Shown: in pieces, positions 9,930 to 20,275 of the stretch | Layout: each line of letters opens with the position of its first letter | Numbering within the stretch: the stretch's first letter is position 1 | Virus record (IMG/VR): IMGVR_UViG_3300044691_000698 | Span: 1-55,695 of that record | From: a virus | Lineage: Duplodnaviria > Caudoviricetes | Direction: 5' to 3' (one strand) | Length of the DNA stretch: 55,695 nt | Made by a program: the position numbers and the translations under genes | Notes under the pieces: model-generated | Told to the model about the DNA's origin: nothing | Seen by the model: only the letters and a program-made list of their open reading frames with translations | The model's database searches: none

Positions 9930-10458
9930 GTATTCAAGTTGTTTGTATTGTGGTGATTTAATGGAAGGCGGTGAAGGACAGACACACGTTGGTTGCGTAA
10001 TCATAAAGCGAAAGCTGGAAAATAAAGAGCCTCCTGAAAAAACTTCAGTTTTCAAGACCATGAAAATTGCTCAGGCCGAAAAGGAACGCTGTGTTGTCAA
10101 AGACTGCAAGTTTAAAATAGAGTTGAAATTATCCCAAAAAAGATGCCCACACCATGCAGCTAAAGCAGTGAGAGCCTCCGCTTCTGCGGCAAGATCATAC
10201 GTAGACTATGACTATCTGTCGAAGCTAGATGCTAAGGAAAAAGCGTTCTTACATTTATTTACTAAAGACCACTATTATGGCCAAACAGCTAAAGTATTTA
10301 AGATAACTAAAAAGGAACGCAGAGTTATCTATACTGCGGATCACAGCAGACGCAGATGTGTAGATTTAACAATGACAACACCCCTTACCGAACGTGCGAC
10401 TCCTAATCCAGAAGACGGGTTAATAGCCTTAATTGATGCTAAATATAAAAAACCTTAA
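9916..10458 (+). CDS. Cys/His-rich protein, paralog 2
   Basis: As above plus N-terminal CxxC and NPEDGLI tail. Confidence 0.75.
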   Translation: MPGAKYSSCLYCGDLMEGGEGQTHVGCVIIKRKLENKEPPEKTSVFKTMKIAQAEKERCVVKDCKFKIELKLSQKRCPHHAAKAVRASASAARSYVDYDYLSKLDAKEKAFLHLFTKDHYYGQTAKVFKITKKERRVIYTADHSRRRCVDLTMTTPLTERATPNPEDGLIALIDAKYKKP

Positions 10459-10635
10459 ACCGGTACTTTTGCTGTCTATTGGGTGGATGAGAAGTAGTCG
10501 AAGTCAAGAGTCGACACTAATTTAATTATACAAATGGGCTTTCAGAACCTCGCTTCCTTCTAATCCCTCAAAGAACCTTACTCCGTAACGGAATAGGTTC
10601 ACGCAAACCAGAACTAACCTCGAAAGAGAAGGCTC

Positions 10636-10911
10636 ATGGAACTCAATGAATTAGACAGCGTCAAAAGTGATCTCCTAGCTGTTGAACACTCTAAGAAAGT
10701 TATCCAAAACACCATTGGCTTCTTAGGCGATGCTAACTTTGCCGGACGACACGCGCCGGATTTAGCTGAGGCGCTTAAATGGTTAAAGGATGTCCTCGCA
10801 CAAGCTGACGACGCACAATACAAGTTGCTGATACGTAAGGCTGAGTTAAGTGGGACTGATTTATTCGGCAGGGATCTTCCAACCGGGGAAGGCGTCTCAA
10901 ATGCTAAATAA
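10636..10911 (+). CDS. Hypothetical protein
   Basis: First ORF of late operon. Confidence 0.65.
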   Translation: MELNELDSVKSDLLAVEHSKKVIQNTIGFLGDANFAGRHAPDLAEALKWLKDVLAQADDAQYKLLIRKAELSGTDLFGRDLPTGEGVSNAK

Positions 10912-11107
10912 TGCTTTTGATACTATTGCCGATTCGATTGAAGATGCGCCTGTTATCACTACTTTTGGCTTAGTTAAAGTGCAGGGTGAATACGCACTTG
11001 CTCGGATTACTACTAAGGGCGCTGAGATTCTAGATCAGAAAATCACTCGTGGAGATAAAGCCGATCCTGAATTTATGAAATTCCTGGTGGATCGCAGTGA
11101 TTACTAA
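10901..11107 (+). CDS. Hypothetical protein
   Basis: Overlap-coupled ORF. Confidence 0.6.
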   Translation: MLNNAFDTIADSIEDAPVITTFGLVKVQGEYALARITTKGAEILDQKITRGDKADPEFMKFLVDRSDY

Positions 11108-11435
11108 AATCCTTTCATTCCTGAGAATAACGGACAGCAAATCACAGTTATCGCTAACTAACATTGCTGTTATTACGTTGGTCACTAAAGTTTTAACCTC
11201 GCCCCACCCAACAGCTGGAGATTTAGTCGCACTTGCTGTTGTTGTCGCTAACTACATTGGTAAAAAGATTATCGATTATCACCAATCTAAGATTCAAGCG
11301 CCTGACTATAATGTGCAAGCGCTGTCTGATTCGGTGAAAGCTCTTGAACTTAAAGTAGAAGACCAAAAAAATAAAATTAGCTCTCTCAGCATGGCAACGG
11401 GAATGCGATCCTCCAAGCCTGGTGTTTTTGGGTGA
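11097..11435 (+). CDS. Two-TM protein with coiled-coil tail (holin-like?)
   Basis: Two hydrophobic segments. Confidence 0.55.
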   Translation: MITKILSFLRITDSKSQLSLTNIAVITLVTKVLTSPHPTAGDLVALAVVVANYIGKKIIDYHQSKIQAPDYNVQALSDSVKALELKVEDQKNKISSLSMATGMRSSKPGVFG

Positions 11436-11767
11436 TCCCTGAAACGAAAAATTTACCCGCTCCTGGAAAGAACAAAAAGCTAGTTCTTGAAGTTCGCAAA
11501 TCTCTAAACAAAGCTAAGTTTTCGCCAGTTTCAATTTTAGTGAACCAAGTCTTTCCGGTGCTGGAACCAAAAGAACAAGCGCGAGTTTGTTTAGAACTCA
11601 TTTCATATCTATTTCCAAAACCCACCGCAGCTGCGACGACTAAAAAATCAAAAGTAACAAAAGTTACAATAAACAATCAGCAAGTAGCAAATCACGCCAA
11701 TATAAAAACTTCAACAGGCCTGTCGCAAGCACAGCTCGATCAACTCGAAAAACTAGCCTCAGAATAA
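11432..11767 (+). CDS. Putative terminase small subunit
   Basis: Position before terL; ELISYLFPK motif. Confidence 0.5.
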   Translation: MIPETKNLPAPGKNKKLVLEVRKSLNKAKFSPVSILVNQVFPVLEPKEQARVCLELISYLFPKPTAAATTKKSKVTKVTINNQQVANHANIKTSTGLSQAQLDQLEKLASE

Positions 11768-11774
11768 AAATTAA

Positions 11775-13181
11775 ATGAACAAATCGGTTTCTAAAGAAGA
11801 AGCCCGCATTGCCATGTGGCGTGCCGGGAATCTCAATTACAAGTTGCATCCAGCGCAAAAGAAGATGCGCGCTAACTTTGCATCATCTACTGGCCGTATC
11901 TATACACTCAATTGTGCCCGCCAGCTGGGCAAGTCGTTTTTTCTTTGTACGCTTGCGATCGAAACAGCGCTCAAAACTCCTTACTCCAGGGTAGCTTTTT
12001 GTGCTCCTACGAGCCGCATGACTAGGCAAATTATTATTCCCGCTTTTAGAGAAATTCTAAAAGACTGTCCGGAAGACATTCGTCCAGTGTGGTTTGCCCA
12101 AGAACAGCGCTTCGTTTTCCAGAATGGCAGCGTAATTGACGTAGCTGGATCTGAGAGTGGAAACGCCGATCGGTTGCGTGGAACAAAAGCCGATTTAGCT
12201 GTGATCGATGAAGCCGCTTTTATTTCGGATCTTGAATACGTCACTAAAGATGTAATGGCGCCGATGTTATTAACAACGCGGGGCCGGATATTAATGGCTA
12301 GCACGCCTTCGCCGATGCCAAGACATCCGTTTGAAACATATTGTTTGAAGGCAATCGAAACTGGAAACTATTCTCACTTTACGATCAACGATAATCCGAT
12401 GATCGCTAAGAACGAAATCGCCGAATGGTGCGATCTGGCAGGAGGAGTTGAAAGCACGACCTGGCGCAGAGAATACTTGGCGGAGTTCGTAGTTGAAGCT
12501 GAGCTTGTAGTAATTCCCGAATTCACAGCTGAAAAGCAAGCCAAAGCTGTACGGGAATACGACCGACCAACGCATTTTGATTCTTATGTTTCACTGGATC
12601 CTGGCGGACGCGATTTAACTGCCTCGCTATTTGGCTATTATGATTTCATCAACAATAAATACATTATTGAAGATGAAGTAGTTCTTGAAAATTCCAGAAC
12701 GGATATTCTGGCAACAGCCATAAAAGCTAAAGAGAATGAGTTATGGCTAGAGAAAAAACCCTATTTTCGAGTTTGTGATGCAGACCCAACTCTGATTAAC
12801 GATTTGGATGATATTTATGGATTGCGATTCATAACTACTGATCGCGATAACAAAGAAGCTTGCATCAATGATCTTCGCGTAATTATCCAGCAAGACCGAT
12901 TAGTCATAAGTCCAAAATGCAAAATACTAATCTCCCATCTAAGAAGCGCAATCTGGGACGCCAAGAGAGAAAAGTTCGCACGTATAACAGGCTTTGGTCA
13001 CTTCGATACGATTGATGCGCTTATCTATTTTATTAGGAATGTGCGCAAGGGCCATAACCCATTTCCAATAGATCAAGGACTGCGCGGGCCGAATGTCCAT
13101 ACATGGGACATTGAGCGCCCCAAAACCCCAACAGCCAAAATCTTCGAACGCATGTTCCTGCCTCCGAAAATATCTAAGTAG
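11775..13181 (+). CDS. terL: Terminase large subunit
   Basis: ARQLGKS Walker A, AVIDEAAF Walker B, ASTP, nuclease DPG..D and HFDTIDAL. Confidence 0.95.
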   Translation: MNKSVSKEEARIAMWRAGNLNYKLHPAQKKMRANFASSTGRIYTLNCARQLGKSFFLCTLAIETALKTPYSRVAFCAPTSRMTRQIIIPAFREILKDCPEDIRPVWFAQEQRFVFQNGSVIDVAGSESGNADRLRGTKADLAVIDEAAFISDLEYVTKDVMAPMLLTTRGRILMASTPSPMPRHPFETYCLKAIETGNYSHFTINDNPMIAKNEIAEWCDLAGGVESTTWRREYLAEFVVEAELVVIPEFTAEKQAKAVREYDRPTHFDSYVSLDPGGRDLTASLFGYYDFINNKYIIEDEVVLENSRTDILATAIKAKENELWLEKKPYFRVCDADPTLINDLDDIYGLRFITTDRDNKEACINDLRVIIQQDRLVISPKCKILISHLRSAIWDAKREKFARITGFGHFDTIDALIYFIRNVRKGHNPFPIDQGLRGPNVHTWDIERPKTPTAKIFERMFLPPKISK

Positions 13182-13208
13182 TTCCCTCCTCCTTAAAGGT
13201 TTCAAAGA

Positions 13209-15308
13209 ATGAATGATAAAAAAACATATTGGGCAACATTACCATCAGACGAAATAGCGTCAGAGATTGTTGATCGTGTTGATAAGTACATGAAGTTCCT
13301 TGAATCATCGGGACTTTTGGCAATCTATCGAAAATCCTACAATGCATATTTTGGCGGAACGCCGAATGATTATTTTCAAAACAGTTCTTCAGTAGGCAGC
13401 GCAGGCGAGCAAGGCGAGCTGTCGATGTTGACTGTGAATCATTATAGAAATTTGATTCAGCATCTTCTAGTCATGACAACTTCGTCCAGACCAGCTCTGA
13501 ATAGCCAAGCTTCCAACACGGACATGAAGTCCAAAGCGCAAACTATACTGGCTAATGGAATTTTAGATTATTACATGCGCGATAAGCGCTTAGAGCGGTT
13601 TTGGAAAACGGCCTGTGAACATTCTCTCGTATTAGGAGAAGGCTATGTTGATATGGAATGGGATACATCGCTTGGACAACAATACGGCGTTGATCCTGCT
13701 AGTTCCAGAGTCGTTAAAGAAGGTGACATCAAATATACCAATCCGATTGGTCCTCTCGATGTAGTGCGTGATATTCACTCTAAGGAATACTCAGTATCAA
13801 GTTGGAAAATTGTACTCTATACAGCGAATAAATTTGATCTTGCTGCGAAATATCCAGAACTAGCGGACAAAATATTAGCTACTTCAACTAGTCTTGCAGA
13901 ACAAACCCGATGGTCAGTTGGCGGAACAATGGGAATGGGAACCGGCGATCTCGTTACTGTGAAGAAGCTGTATCATCCTATGACAGACAGCGTTCCGAAT
14001 GGTCGCCTGACGCTAGTTTTAGATAGCGATACTGTTTTATTTGATGGTCCATTGCCTTATACGAACTTACCGCAAGGTGTTCCGCTATACCGAATTGTTC
14101 CTGGTGATTTTGTAGGAACTCCGTTTGGGTACGCCTCCAGCTGGGATATTCTTGGGCTCAGTGATGTTCATAATTCACTCTATTCTACCGTCGTCACAAA
14201 CCAGACAAGCTTTGGTGTACAGAACGTAACAGTTCCTAAAGGCCATGACGTCAGTTACCAACAGCTTACTGGTGGACTCAATTTAATCGAATACGATTCA
14301 AAATTAGGCAAGCCTGAAAGTTTAAACTTAACACACACACCTCCTGAAATATTCAGCTTTATCGAAAAGATTGAAAAAACTGAATCACTCTTAATGGGAA
14401 TCAACGACGTAGTTCGTGGAGATCCACAAGCATCCTTAAAGTCAGGTTCCGCATTGGCACTAGTTGCATCGCAGTCCATTCAGTTTAATTCCGGTTTACA
14501 GGCTTCCTATATATCGCTGTTGGAAGACGTCGGAACCGCGACCATTCGAATGTTGCAGACTTTTGCGAATACAAAGCGCGTTGCATCTATTGCAGGCAAA
14601 TCAAAACGATTCATGCTCAAGGAATTCAGCAATGATGATATTGCGCAGATTAATCGTGTTGTCATTGATGTTACAAACCCACTTAGTCGTACTGTTTCCG
14701 GTCGTCTCGAAATGGCTAAGGATTTGCTGCAAATTCCTGGTTTGATCAAACATCCAGATCAATATTTTCAAGTTATTTCAACGGGAACTTACGAACCTCT
14801 CATTCAAGATCAAGAAACAGAATTACTAACGATCGACTCAGAAAACGAAATGATGCAGGATGGAGAAAACCCTCCTGTGATGATTACTGACGATCATGCG
14901 CTTCACGTTCGCGAACATAAAGCTGTTGTTTCTATGCCGGATTCGCGTAACGATCCTCGCGTTCTAAAAGCCGCGACTGACCACATACAGCAACATATTA
15001 ATTTATTAACAACTACTGATCCACGAGTTCTTATCTTAACAGGACAGACGCCGTTACCTCCGCCGCCTCAACCCGGTCCCCCACCACCACAAGGCGGCCC
15101 CGGGGCACCTCCTCCACAAGGTCCTCCACCCCACCAACAGCATCCTCCAATGAACAACATGCCCAATCATGCGCCTGGTCCAACGCTCAACCCCGCAGCT
15201 GGAACCATTGGAGAGCAAGCCGGCAACGTGAAGCCGCCAAACATGCCCACCAATCCTTTAACGAAACAACCTTTCAATAACGCCACTGGCGGCCTTCCTC
15301 AGAAATAA
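13209..15308 (+). CDS. Portal protein with Pro/Gln-rich C-terminal tail
   Basis: Follows terL; 699 aa; RG...SGSALAL motif of podoviral portals. Confidence 0.85.
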   Translation: MNDKKTYWATLPSDEIASEIVDRVDKYMKFLESSGLLAIYRKSYNAYFGGTPNDYFQNSSSVGSAGEQGELSMLTVNHYRNLIQHLLVMTTSSRPALNSQASNTDMKSKAQTILANGILDYYMRDKRLERFWKTACEHSLVLGEGYVDMEWDTSLGQQYGVDPASSRVVKEGDIKYTNPIGPLDVVRDIHSKEYSVSSWKIVLYTANKFDLAAKYPELADKILATSTSLAEQTRWSVGGTMGMGTGDLVTVKKLYHPMTDSVPNGRLTLVLDSDTVLFDGPLPYTNLPQGVPLYRIVPGDFVGTPFGYASSWDILGLSDVHNSLYSTVVTNQTSFGVQNVTVPKGHDVSYQQLTGGLNLIEYDSKLGKPESLNLTHTPPEIFSFIEKIEKTESLLMGINDVVRGDPQASLKSGSALALVASQSIQFNSGLQASYISLLEDVGTATIRMLQTFANTKRVASIAGKSKRFMLKEFSNDDIAQINRVVIDVTNPLSRTVSGRLEMAKDLLQIPGLIKHPDQYFQVISTGTYEPLIQDQETELLTIDSENEMMQDGENPPVMITDDHALHVREHKAVVSMPDSRNDPRVLKAATDHIQQHINLLTTTDPRVLILTGQTPLPPPPQPGPPPPQGGPGAPPPQGPPPHQQHPPMNNMPNHAPGPTLNPAAGTIGEQAGNVKPPNMPTNPLTKQPFNNATGGLPQK

Positions 15309-15320
15309 GGAAATCCTTTT

Positions 15321-15575
15321 ATGTCCATGTCACTATTAGATGCAAATCAGACGCTGCGATCTTCGTACGACGATACGACTAGTACATTCAAAATGCAGCT
15401 GCTGAATAATTTTGTTCCAGCGCTTTACGATACCGTAAGCCAAACAGCACCAAATTCCACCACAGATGTTTTTACCTTCAAAACAGGCGGAACCAGCGGA
15501 ACCACTGTAGCGACAATTACGATTGTATATACGGACACCACAAAAGCGACCATGTCGACTGCAGTTAGGACGTAA
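15321..15575 (+). CDS. Small Thr-rich virion protein
   Basis: Beta-rich composition, structural operon. Confidence 0.55.
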   Translation: MSMSLLDANQTLRSSYDDTTSTFKMQLLNNFVPALYDTVSQTAPNSTTDVFTFKTGGTSGTTVATITIVYTDTTKATMSTAVRT

Positions 15576-15578
15576 TTC

Positions 15579-16478
15579 ATGGCCTTCAAATTTAATCCAA
15601 TCACAGGTCAATTCAATATAGTAAACAGCAGTAGCGGCTCCAACTCGTTTACAATAATGCAACCGCCGCTTGGAACTTCACCAACTGCCTCAAGTGCTAC
15701 TGACACCTTAACGTTTGCAAGTTCAGATTCGTCTGTAACCATTACCGGGAATAGCGGGACCAAAACCTTAGATTTTAAAGCGGCAAGTCCGGGGAACTTT
15801 AATCCCGTGAATACGGCGGCTGTTTTGTTTGATGATTTCGCCTACACCGTGATTAACAAAACATCGTTAGCCCCGATGGGACCATTCAACTTAATTACCA
15901 GCAACAGCAATAATGCTTTTTTAGATTTAATAAGCGCTGGCGAAAACAATCGCACTGGCGTCATCAACCTTACGAATGATGCGACTCACGCAGAAACTGG
16001 TTTATACGGCGATGTGAACGCGGTTAAGTTTGCTAACGGTACTATCGTCGCGGCCACTGCAGTTTATCTTCCCACCATTCCGAATAACTCAACCAACAAC
16101 TGGGATTTTGTTTGGGGATATAGTCACACTTGGCCGAACATTGGTGACGGACCGGTGTTCGCCGTAAGCCCCGGCGTAAGTACAACCTTCTGGTCTTGTC
16201 TCTGCTATGCTGCTGGTGCCCCTACGATTGTAATCACTACGATCCCGTTTGTAGCAGCCACTTGGTATAACCTGCGCATTCAAATTAATGCGGCCGGTAC
16301 CTCTGTCACCTACTTCATCAATGGGACTTTAGTTGCCACGATTGCCACTAACATTAGTACAAGCGTCACAGGTCTCGGGTATCGCACCCTCGCCAGCACA
16401 GCAAACGCCACGAACGTTATTCGCATAGACTGGCTTTATCAAAGCTTCACTCCTTCTGCTGCTAGAGGAACATTCTAA
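15579..16478 (+). CDS. Putative fibre/appendage with lectin-like beta-sandwich
   Basis: MAFKFNP start, FDDF, WYNLRI..YFINGTLV. Confidence 0.55.
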   Translation: MAFKFNPITGQFNIVNSSSGSNSFTIMQPPLGTSPTASSATDTLTFASSDSSVTITGNSGTKTLDFKAASPGNFNPVNTAAVLFDDFAYTVINKTSLAPMGPFNLITSNSNNAFLDLISAGENNRTGVINLTNDATHAETGLYGDVNAVKFANGTIVAATAVYLPTIPNNSTNNWDFVWGYSHTWPNIGDGPVFAVSPGVSTTFWSCLCYAAGAPTIVITTIPFVAATWYNLRIQINAAGTSVTYFINGTLVATIATNISTSVTGLGYRTLASTANATNVIRIDWLYQSFTPSAARGTF

Positions 16479-17049
16479 TGTACATCGCTTATAAACCTTG
16501 GGGCTCGGCTCCGAACAACCCAGGCTTTCCAGTAGACTATCCAGGCGAATGTTTCGAGTGCCCCGATCTTGCAACAGCCCAATCTAAGTATCCTGGATTC
16601 CACTACCTAAATGTTAGTTCTTTTAAGGCACTCGTTGAAAGCATGCAGGCGCAGTACGCTATTCAAATCTCAGCAGCACTATTAGTTGGCGTGCCCTTGG
16701 GGAAATTCTAGTCATGAATGATACTGTAGTTTTATTCGACGATCTTACTGCAAGGATCCTTCAGGGCGTTGATGGTTCATTATATTTAGGAAATCCAAAG
16801 GCGCTTGTGAATCCTGTCTTCCCTCCAGGGATTCCGCCGCATTGCTGGCGGTTAGAAGATGGAAAGATTGCGGTTCATCACGAAGTTGAGATTACAAGAC
16901 GAGAGACAATTCTACACGATTCGGCGATCCCTCAAGACGCACTTCCAGTTGTTTCTCGATTTAGCAAAACTGATTTGCTTCTCCGACTTTCCCTATGCGC
17001 AAACGCTATAGCCGGAATTTATTTTATTTTTAAATTGTTTCATTCTTAG
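16478..17049 (+). other. Two small hypothetical genes (16478-16711; 16714-17049 with C-terminal TM), possible fibre chaperones
   Basis: Coupled ORFs after fibre-like gene. Confidence 0.5.
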
Positions 17050-17059
17050 GAGTTAACAA

Positions 17060-17470
17060 ATGGCACGCCATGTAAATACTGGTGCCTGTCCGAAATGTCT
17101 GGAAATAATTTCGAAGTATCCCGGTTTTGATTCGTCCCTCGCTGATTGGTTCAAATCCTTTCAGTTGGTAAATAGAGATTCTCACATTAGCTGTGCCGGG
17201 CGCGGGAAAGTCGAACAAGAAGCTGATTTTGATAAAGACGTAAGTGATGCTCATTGGACCGAATCACCACATAACTACAACGGTGCGCTTGATTTCTTTC
17301 GCTTAACTCAAGCTGGTGGCGCCATTTTCGATAGACCTTGGTACCTCGCAGTCCTTGCACCTGCTGCGAAAAAAGCCGGTTTTGTGTGGGGGGGCGACTG
17401 GATTCACAGAAAAGATTATCCGCACGTTGAAATAGTCGATTTTAAGAAAAATGGAAAGTTGGTAGAATAG
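17060..17470 (+). CDS. M15-family peptidoglycan peptidase (endolysin)
   Basis: R..Q, SPHNYNGALD, WGGDW, DYPHVE. Confidence 0.9.
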   Translation: MARHVNTGACPKCLEIISKYPGFDSSLADWFKSFQLVNRDSHISCAGRGKVEQEADFDKDVSDAHWTESPHNYNGALDFFRLTQAGGAIFDRPWYLAVLAPAAKKAGFVWGGDWIHRKDYPHVEIVDFKKNGKLVE

Positions 17471-17471
17471 T

Positions 17472-17675
17472 ATGCCAGATTTTAAGAATTTAAATAAGTT
17501 TCTAGGCGGCGCCGAACAGCCGCCAGGAACGCCCAATATAGACCCACAAAAAGCACAACAAGTTCAGGATAGTTTTAATGGCGCTTTTGGGCTTCACCCC
17601 CAACAGCCGCAACAAGCAGGTGTTCCGACTGATCCTGGAACGCTCGAAAAACTTCTTTCTATGTTTAATAAATAG
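17472..17675 (+). CDS. Small Gln/Pro-rich protein
   Basis: Coupled ORF. Confidence 0.55.
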   Translation: MPDFKNLNKFLGGAEQPPGTPNIDPQKAQQVQDSFNGAFGLHPQQPQQAGVPTDPGTLEKLLSMFNK

Positions 17676-17753
17676 CTCAAACCGTTTTCCCATCCCGTCC
17701 TACTCCATTCCGGAGCGGACAACTAACACCCTACCTATACAGGAGTCCTAGTC

Positions 17754-18758
17754 ATGGCCGATCAAGTAAATTCAAGTGTTCCCTCGTCCGCCCCAGTGCA
17801 AGACAACAGCCCTACTCAAGAATCTGGTGTTCAATCACCGCAAGTCAATGCACAGACGGGCGCGCCGAATACCCAACAGCCGCTTCCAGGAAGCATGGGT
17901 GGAAATAAACCCCCTGTTGCCGGACAACCAACGGTCGCTCAAAAAGAAGCGATTCGAAAACACAAATTAAAAATTGATGGGCGCGAAGAAGAATTGCCCG
18001 AAGATGAAGTAATCAAATGGGCGCAATTGGGTCGTGCTTCTCAGAAACGTTTTCAGGAAGCTTCGGCAACCCGCAAACAAGCCGAAGATTTCATTCAAAT
18101 GCTGAAAACGGATCCCCGCAAAGTTCTGAGCGATCCTTCCATAGGCGTAGATTTACGCAAATTCTCCGAAGAATATCTGAGCGAACAGCTGAAGCTGGAA
18201 AGCTTGACTCCCGAACAGCGCCAAATCCGCGACATGCAGGAACAACTCAAAGCTAACGAAACCGAAAAGAAACAGGCCGCTGAAACGCGACGCCAAGAAG
18301 AATTCCAAAAAGCAACACAGCATTATACGCAAGAATACGAAACCGGTATCATGGATGCGATTTCAAGCAGCGGCCTACCGCGAACGCCATATATTGTTAA
18401 GCGTATGACGGATTATATGTCGTCTGCACTTCAAAACGGGTTGGATCTAGAACCTAAGAACGTCGTTGAATTAGTACGGCAAGATTATATTACGGACACC
18501 AATGCGCTTTATGGCCAGCTGGATGGCGATACGCTCCTGAAAATACTCGGCGACGGCGTAGCTAACAAAATTAGAAAAGCTGATTTAGCGCGAATACGCA
18601 ATCTTCAAAACCAGCCCCCCGCTGTCCCTGGATCCGAGTCCTCAGAGACAGTGGCTCCACAACAACAGCCTTCTTCCAGACAGGCACCCAAACCAGCGCC
18701 TACAAGCACAAAAATGAACGTTCACGAATGGCGCGAAATGATGGCTAAGAAAAAGTAA
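17754..18758 (+). CDS. Capsid scaffolding protein
   Basis: Disordered N-terminus, KLKIDGREEE, coiled coil, precedes capsid. Confidence 0.8.
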   Translation: MADQVNSSVPSSAPVQDNSPTQESGVQSPQVNAQTGAPNTQQPLPGSMGGNKPPVAGQPTVAQKEAIRKHKLKIDGREEELPEDEVIKWAQLGRASQKRFQEASATRKQAEDFIQMLKTDPRKVLSDPSIGVDLRKFSEEYLSEQLKLESLTPEQRQIRDMQEQLKANETEKKQAAETRRQEEFQKATQHYTQEYETGIMDAISSSGLPRTPYIVKRMTDYMSSALQNGLDLEPKNVVELVRQDYITDTNALYGQLDGDTLLKILGDGVANKIRKADLARIRNLQNQPPAVPGSESSETVAPQQQPSSRQAPKPAPTSTKMNVHEWREMMAKKK

Positions 18759-18822
18759 GTCATTTTACGAAATTTGCTGTCTATCTGTGTAGTAGTACGC
18801 CCTATCTCCACGCCGTCTGGAA

Positions 18823-18961
18823 AGGTTTCACTCCTTACCCCATGCCGGCGCTTCAGACTAGTAAGCACTAACTGCGCAATTCCCAATTCAATAAACCCAG
18901 TCCCGACACCTCAGATTTTCATCAAACCCCACCACATACACCCCCTCAAGGAGTGAAACCT
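18823..18961 (+). promoter_or_regulatory. 14-bp perfect inverted repeat sequestering capsid SD
   Basis: AGGTTTCACTCCTT 18823-18836 pairs with AAGGAGTGAAACCT 18948-18961. Confidence 0.8.
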
Positions 18962-18963
18962 CA

Positions 18964-20205
18964 ATGTCTACTGTCAATACTATTAGCACGCTGGATGGCT
19001 TGTTTAAACAAGTCTACGGCGATGGCGTCGTAAGCCTGTTGCCTGATTTCGCAATCATCAGCCGACGGGTAGATTTTAAACCCACTGAAAAGATCGGGGA
19101 TAGCTATGTTATTCCTGTGAAGCTTCAGTACGAAGGCGGATTTTCTTACGGAGCTTCTGGCTCTGGTGCCTTTAACTTAAATGGCGCTGTTGCAGGTCGA
19201 ATCGCAAAAGCGCAAGTCAACGCTTCTCAAATCGTTTTACGATCGCAGATCGACTACGAATCGGCTTTCAAAGCTGCCGGCGGCGGAAAAGTCGCATTCC
19301 AAGATGTTACTCAAGCCACTGTTGAAAACATGATGGAATCGTTCGCCAAGCGCCAAGAATTAGCGATGTTATACGGAGCTAGCGCAACTGGTCTAGGCGC
19401 AATTTCTACTGTAACTGTTTCCACTAACGCAACTATCACTTTCTCTACTCCTACTTGGAGTCCGGGAATCTGGGTAGGAATGGAAAACCATGTTCTAGAT
19501 GCCTATACGACTGGCAACAGCAAAGTTAACACGAATGCCGGTCTAACAATCGTCAGCGTGAACATGTCTGCTTCGCAAATCGTTGTTTCTGGCAACAGCA
19601 CTGACTTAGCTGCTCTTGCTGCGACGAACTACTTGGTATTCCAAGGCGCTTTCAGTCAAGAAATGACCGGGCTTGATGCAATTCTTACTAATACGGGAAC
19701 GCTGTTCAATATTAGCGCTGCGACCTATGCGTTGTGGAAATCTGGTTCCTACGCAGTTGGTGGACCTATCAGCATGGAAAAAACGCTGTTGGCTGCGGCT
19801 CAAGCAGTTCCGCTTGGTTTGAAAGAAGATACCATGCTTCTTTTAGCTGCCAAGCGTTGGGCTAATTTGAATAACGATCTCGCTGCTCTTCGAAGATCCG
19901 ATCAGTCTTACAAAGTATCGGGTTTCGAAAACGGCGTCGAAGGCATCACCTATCATGGCGTTTCGGGAAAATTAGAAATCGTTGCGCATCCTTTCATTAA
20001 AGAAGGCGAAGCGATGTTATTGCCGGAGAAGCGTTTGAAACGTGTCGGTGCTACTGACATCACGTTTAAGCGTCCTGGAAATCCGAACAACATCTTCAAG
20101 GAAATTGAAGGTCAAGCAGGATTCGAGCTTAGAAGTTATAGTGATCAACAGATCTTTCTAGAAGCTCCAGCATACGCTGTAAAATTGACCGGAATCACAG
20201 ACTAA
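18964..20205 (+). CDS. Major capsid protein
   Basis: 413 aa after scaffold, strong SD, followed by terminator. Confidence 0.85.
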   Translation: MSTVNTISTLDGLFKQVYGDGVVSLLPDFAIISRRVDFKPTEKIGDSYVIPVKLQYEGGFSYGASGSGAFNLNGAVAGRIAKAQVNASQIVLRSQIDYESAFKAAGGGKVAFQDVTQATVENMMESFAKRQELAMLYGASATGLGAISTVTVSTNATITFSTPTWSPGIWVGMENHVLDAYTTGNSKVNTNAGLTIVSVNMSASQIVVSGNSTDLAALAATNYLVFQGAFSQEMTGLDAILTNTGTLFNISAATYALWKSGSYAVGGPISMEKTLLAAAQAVPLGLKEDTMLLLAAKRWANLNNDLAALRRSDQSYKVSGFENGVEGITYHGVSGKLEIVAHPFIKEGEAMLLPEKRLKRVGATDITFKRPGNPNNIFKEIEGQAGFELRSYSDQQIFLEAPAYAVKLTGITD

Positions 20206-20207
20206 CT

Positions 20208-20262
20208 AAAAAGAATGTGGGTAACTGAGTCTGTAAAAAGGATTTGGTTACCCTTTCTTTTT
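20208..20262 (+). terminator. Intrinsic terminator-like hairpin after capsid
   Basis: GGGTAAC...GTTACCC followed by T-run. Confidence 0.6.
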
Positions 20263-20275
20263 CTGAAAGGTTTTT

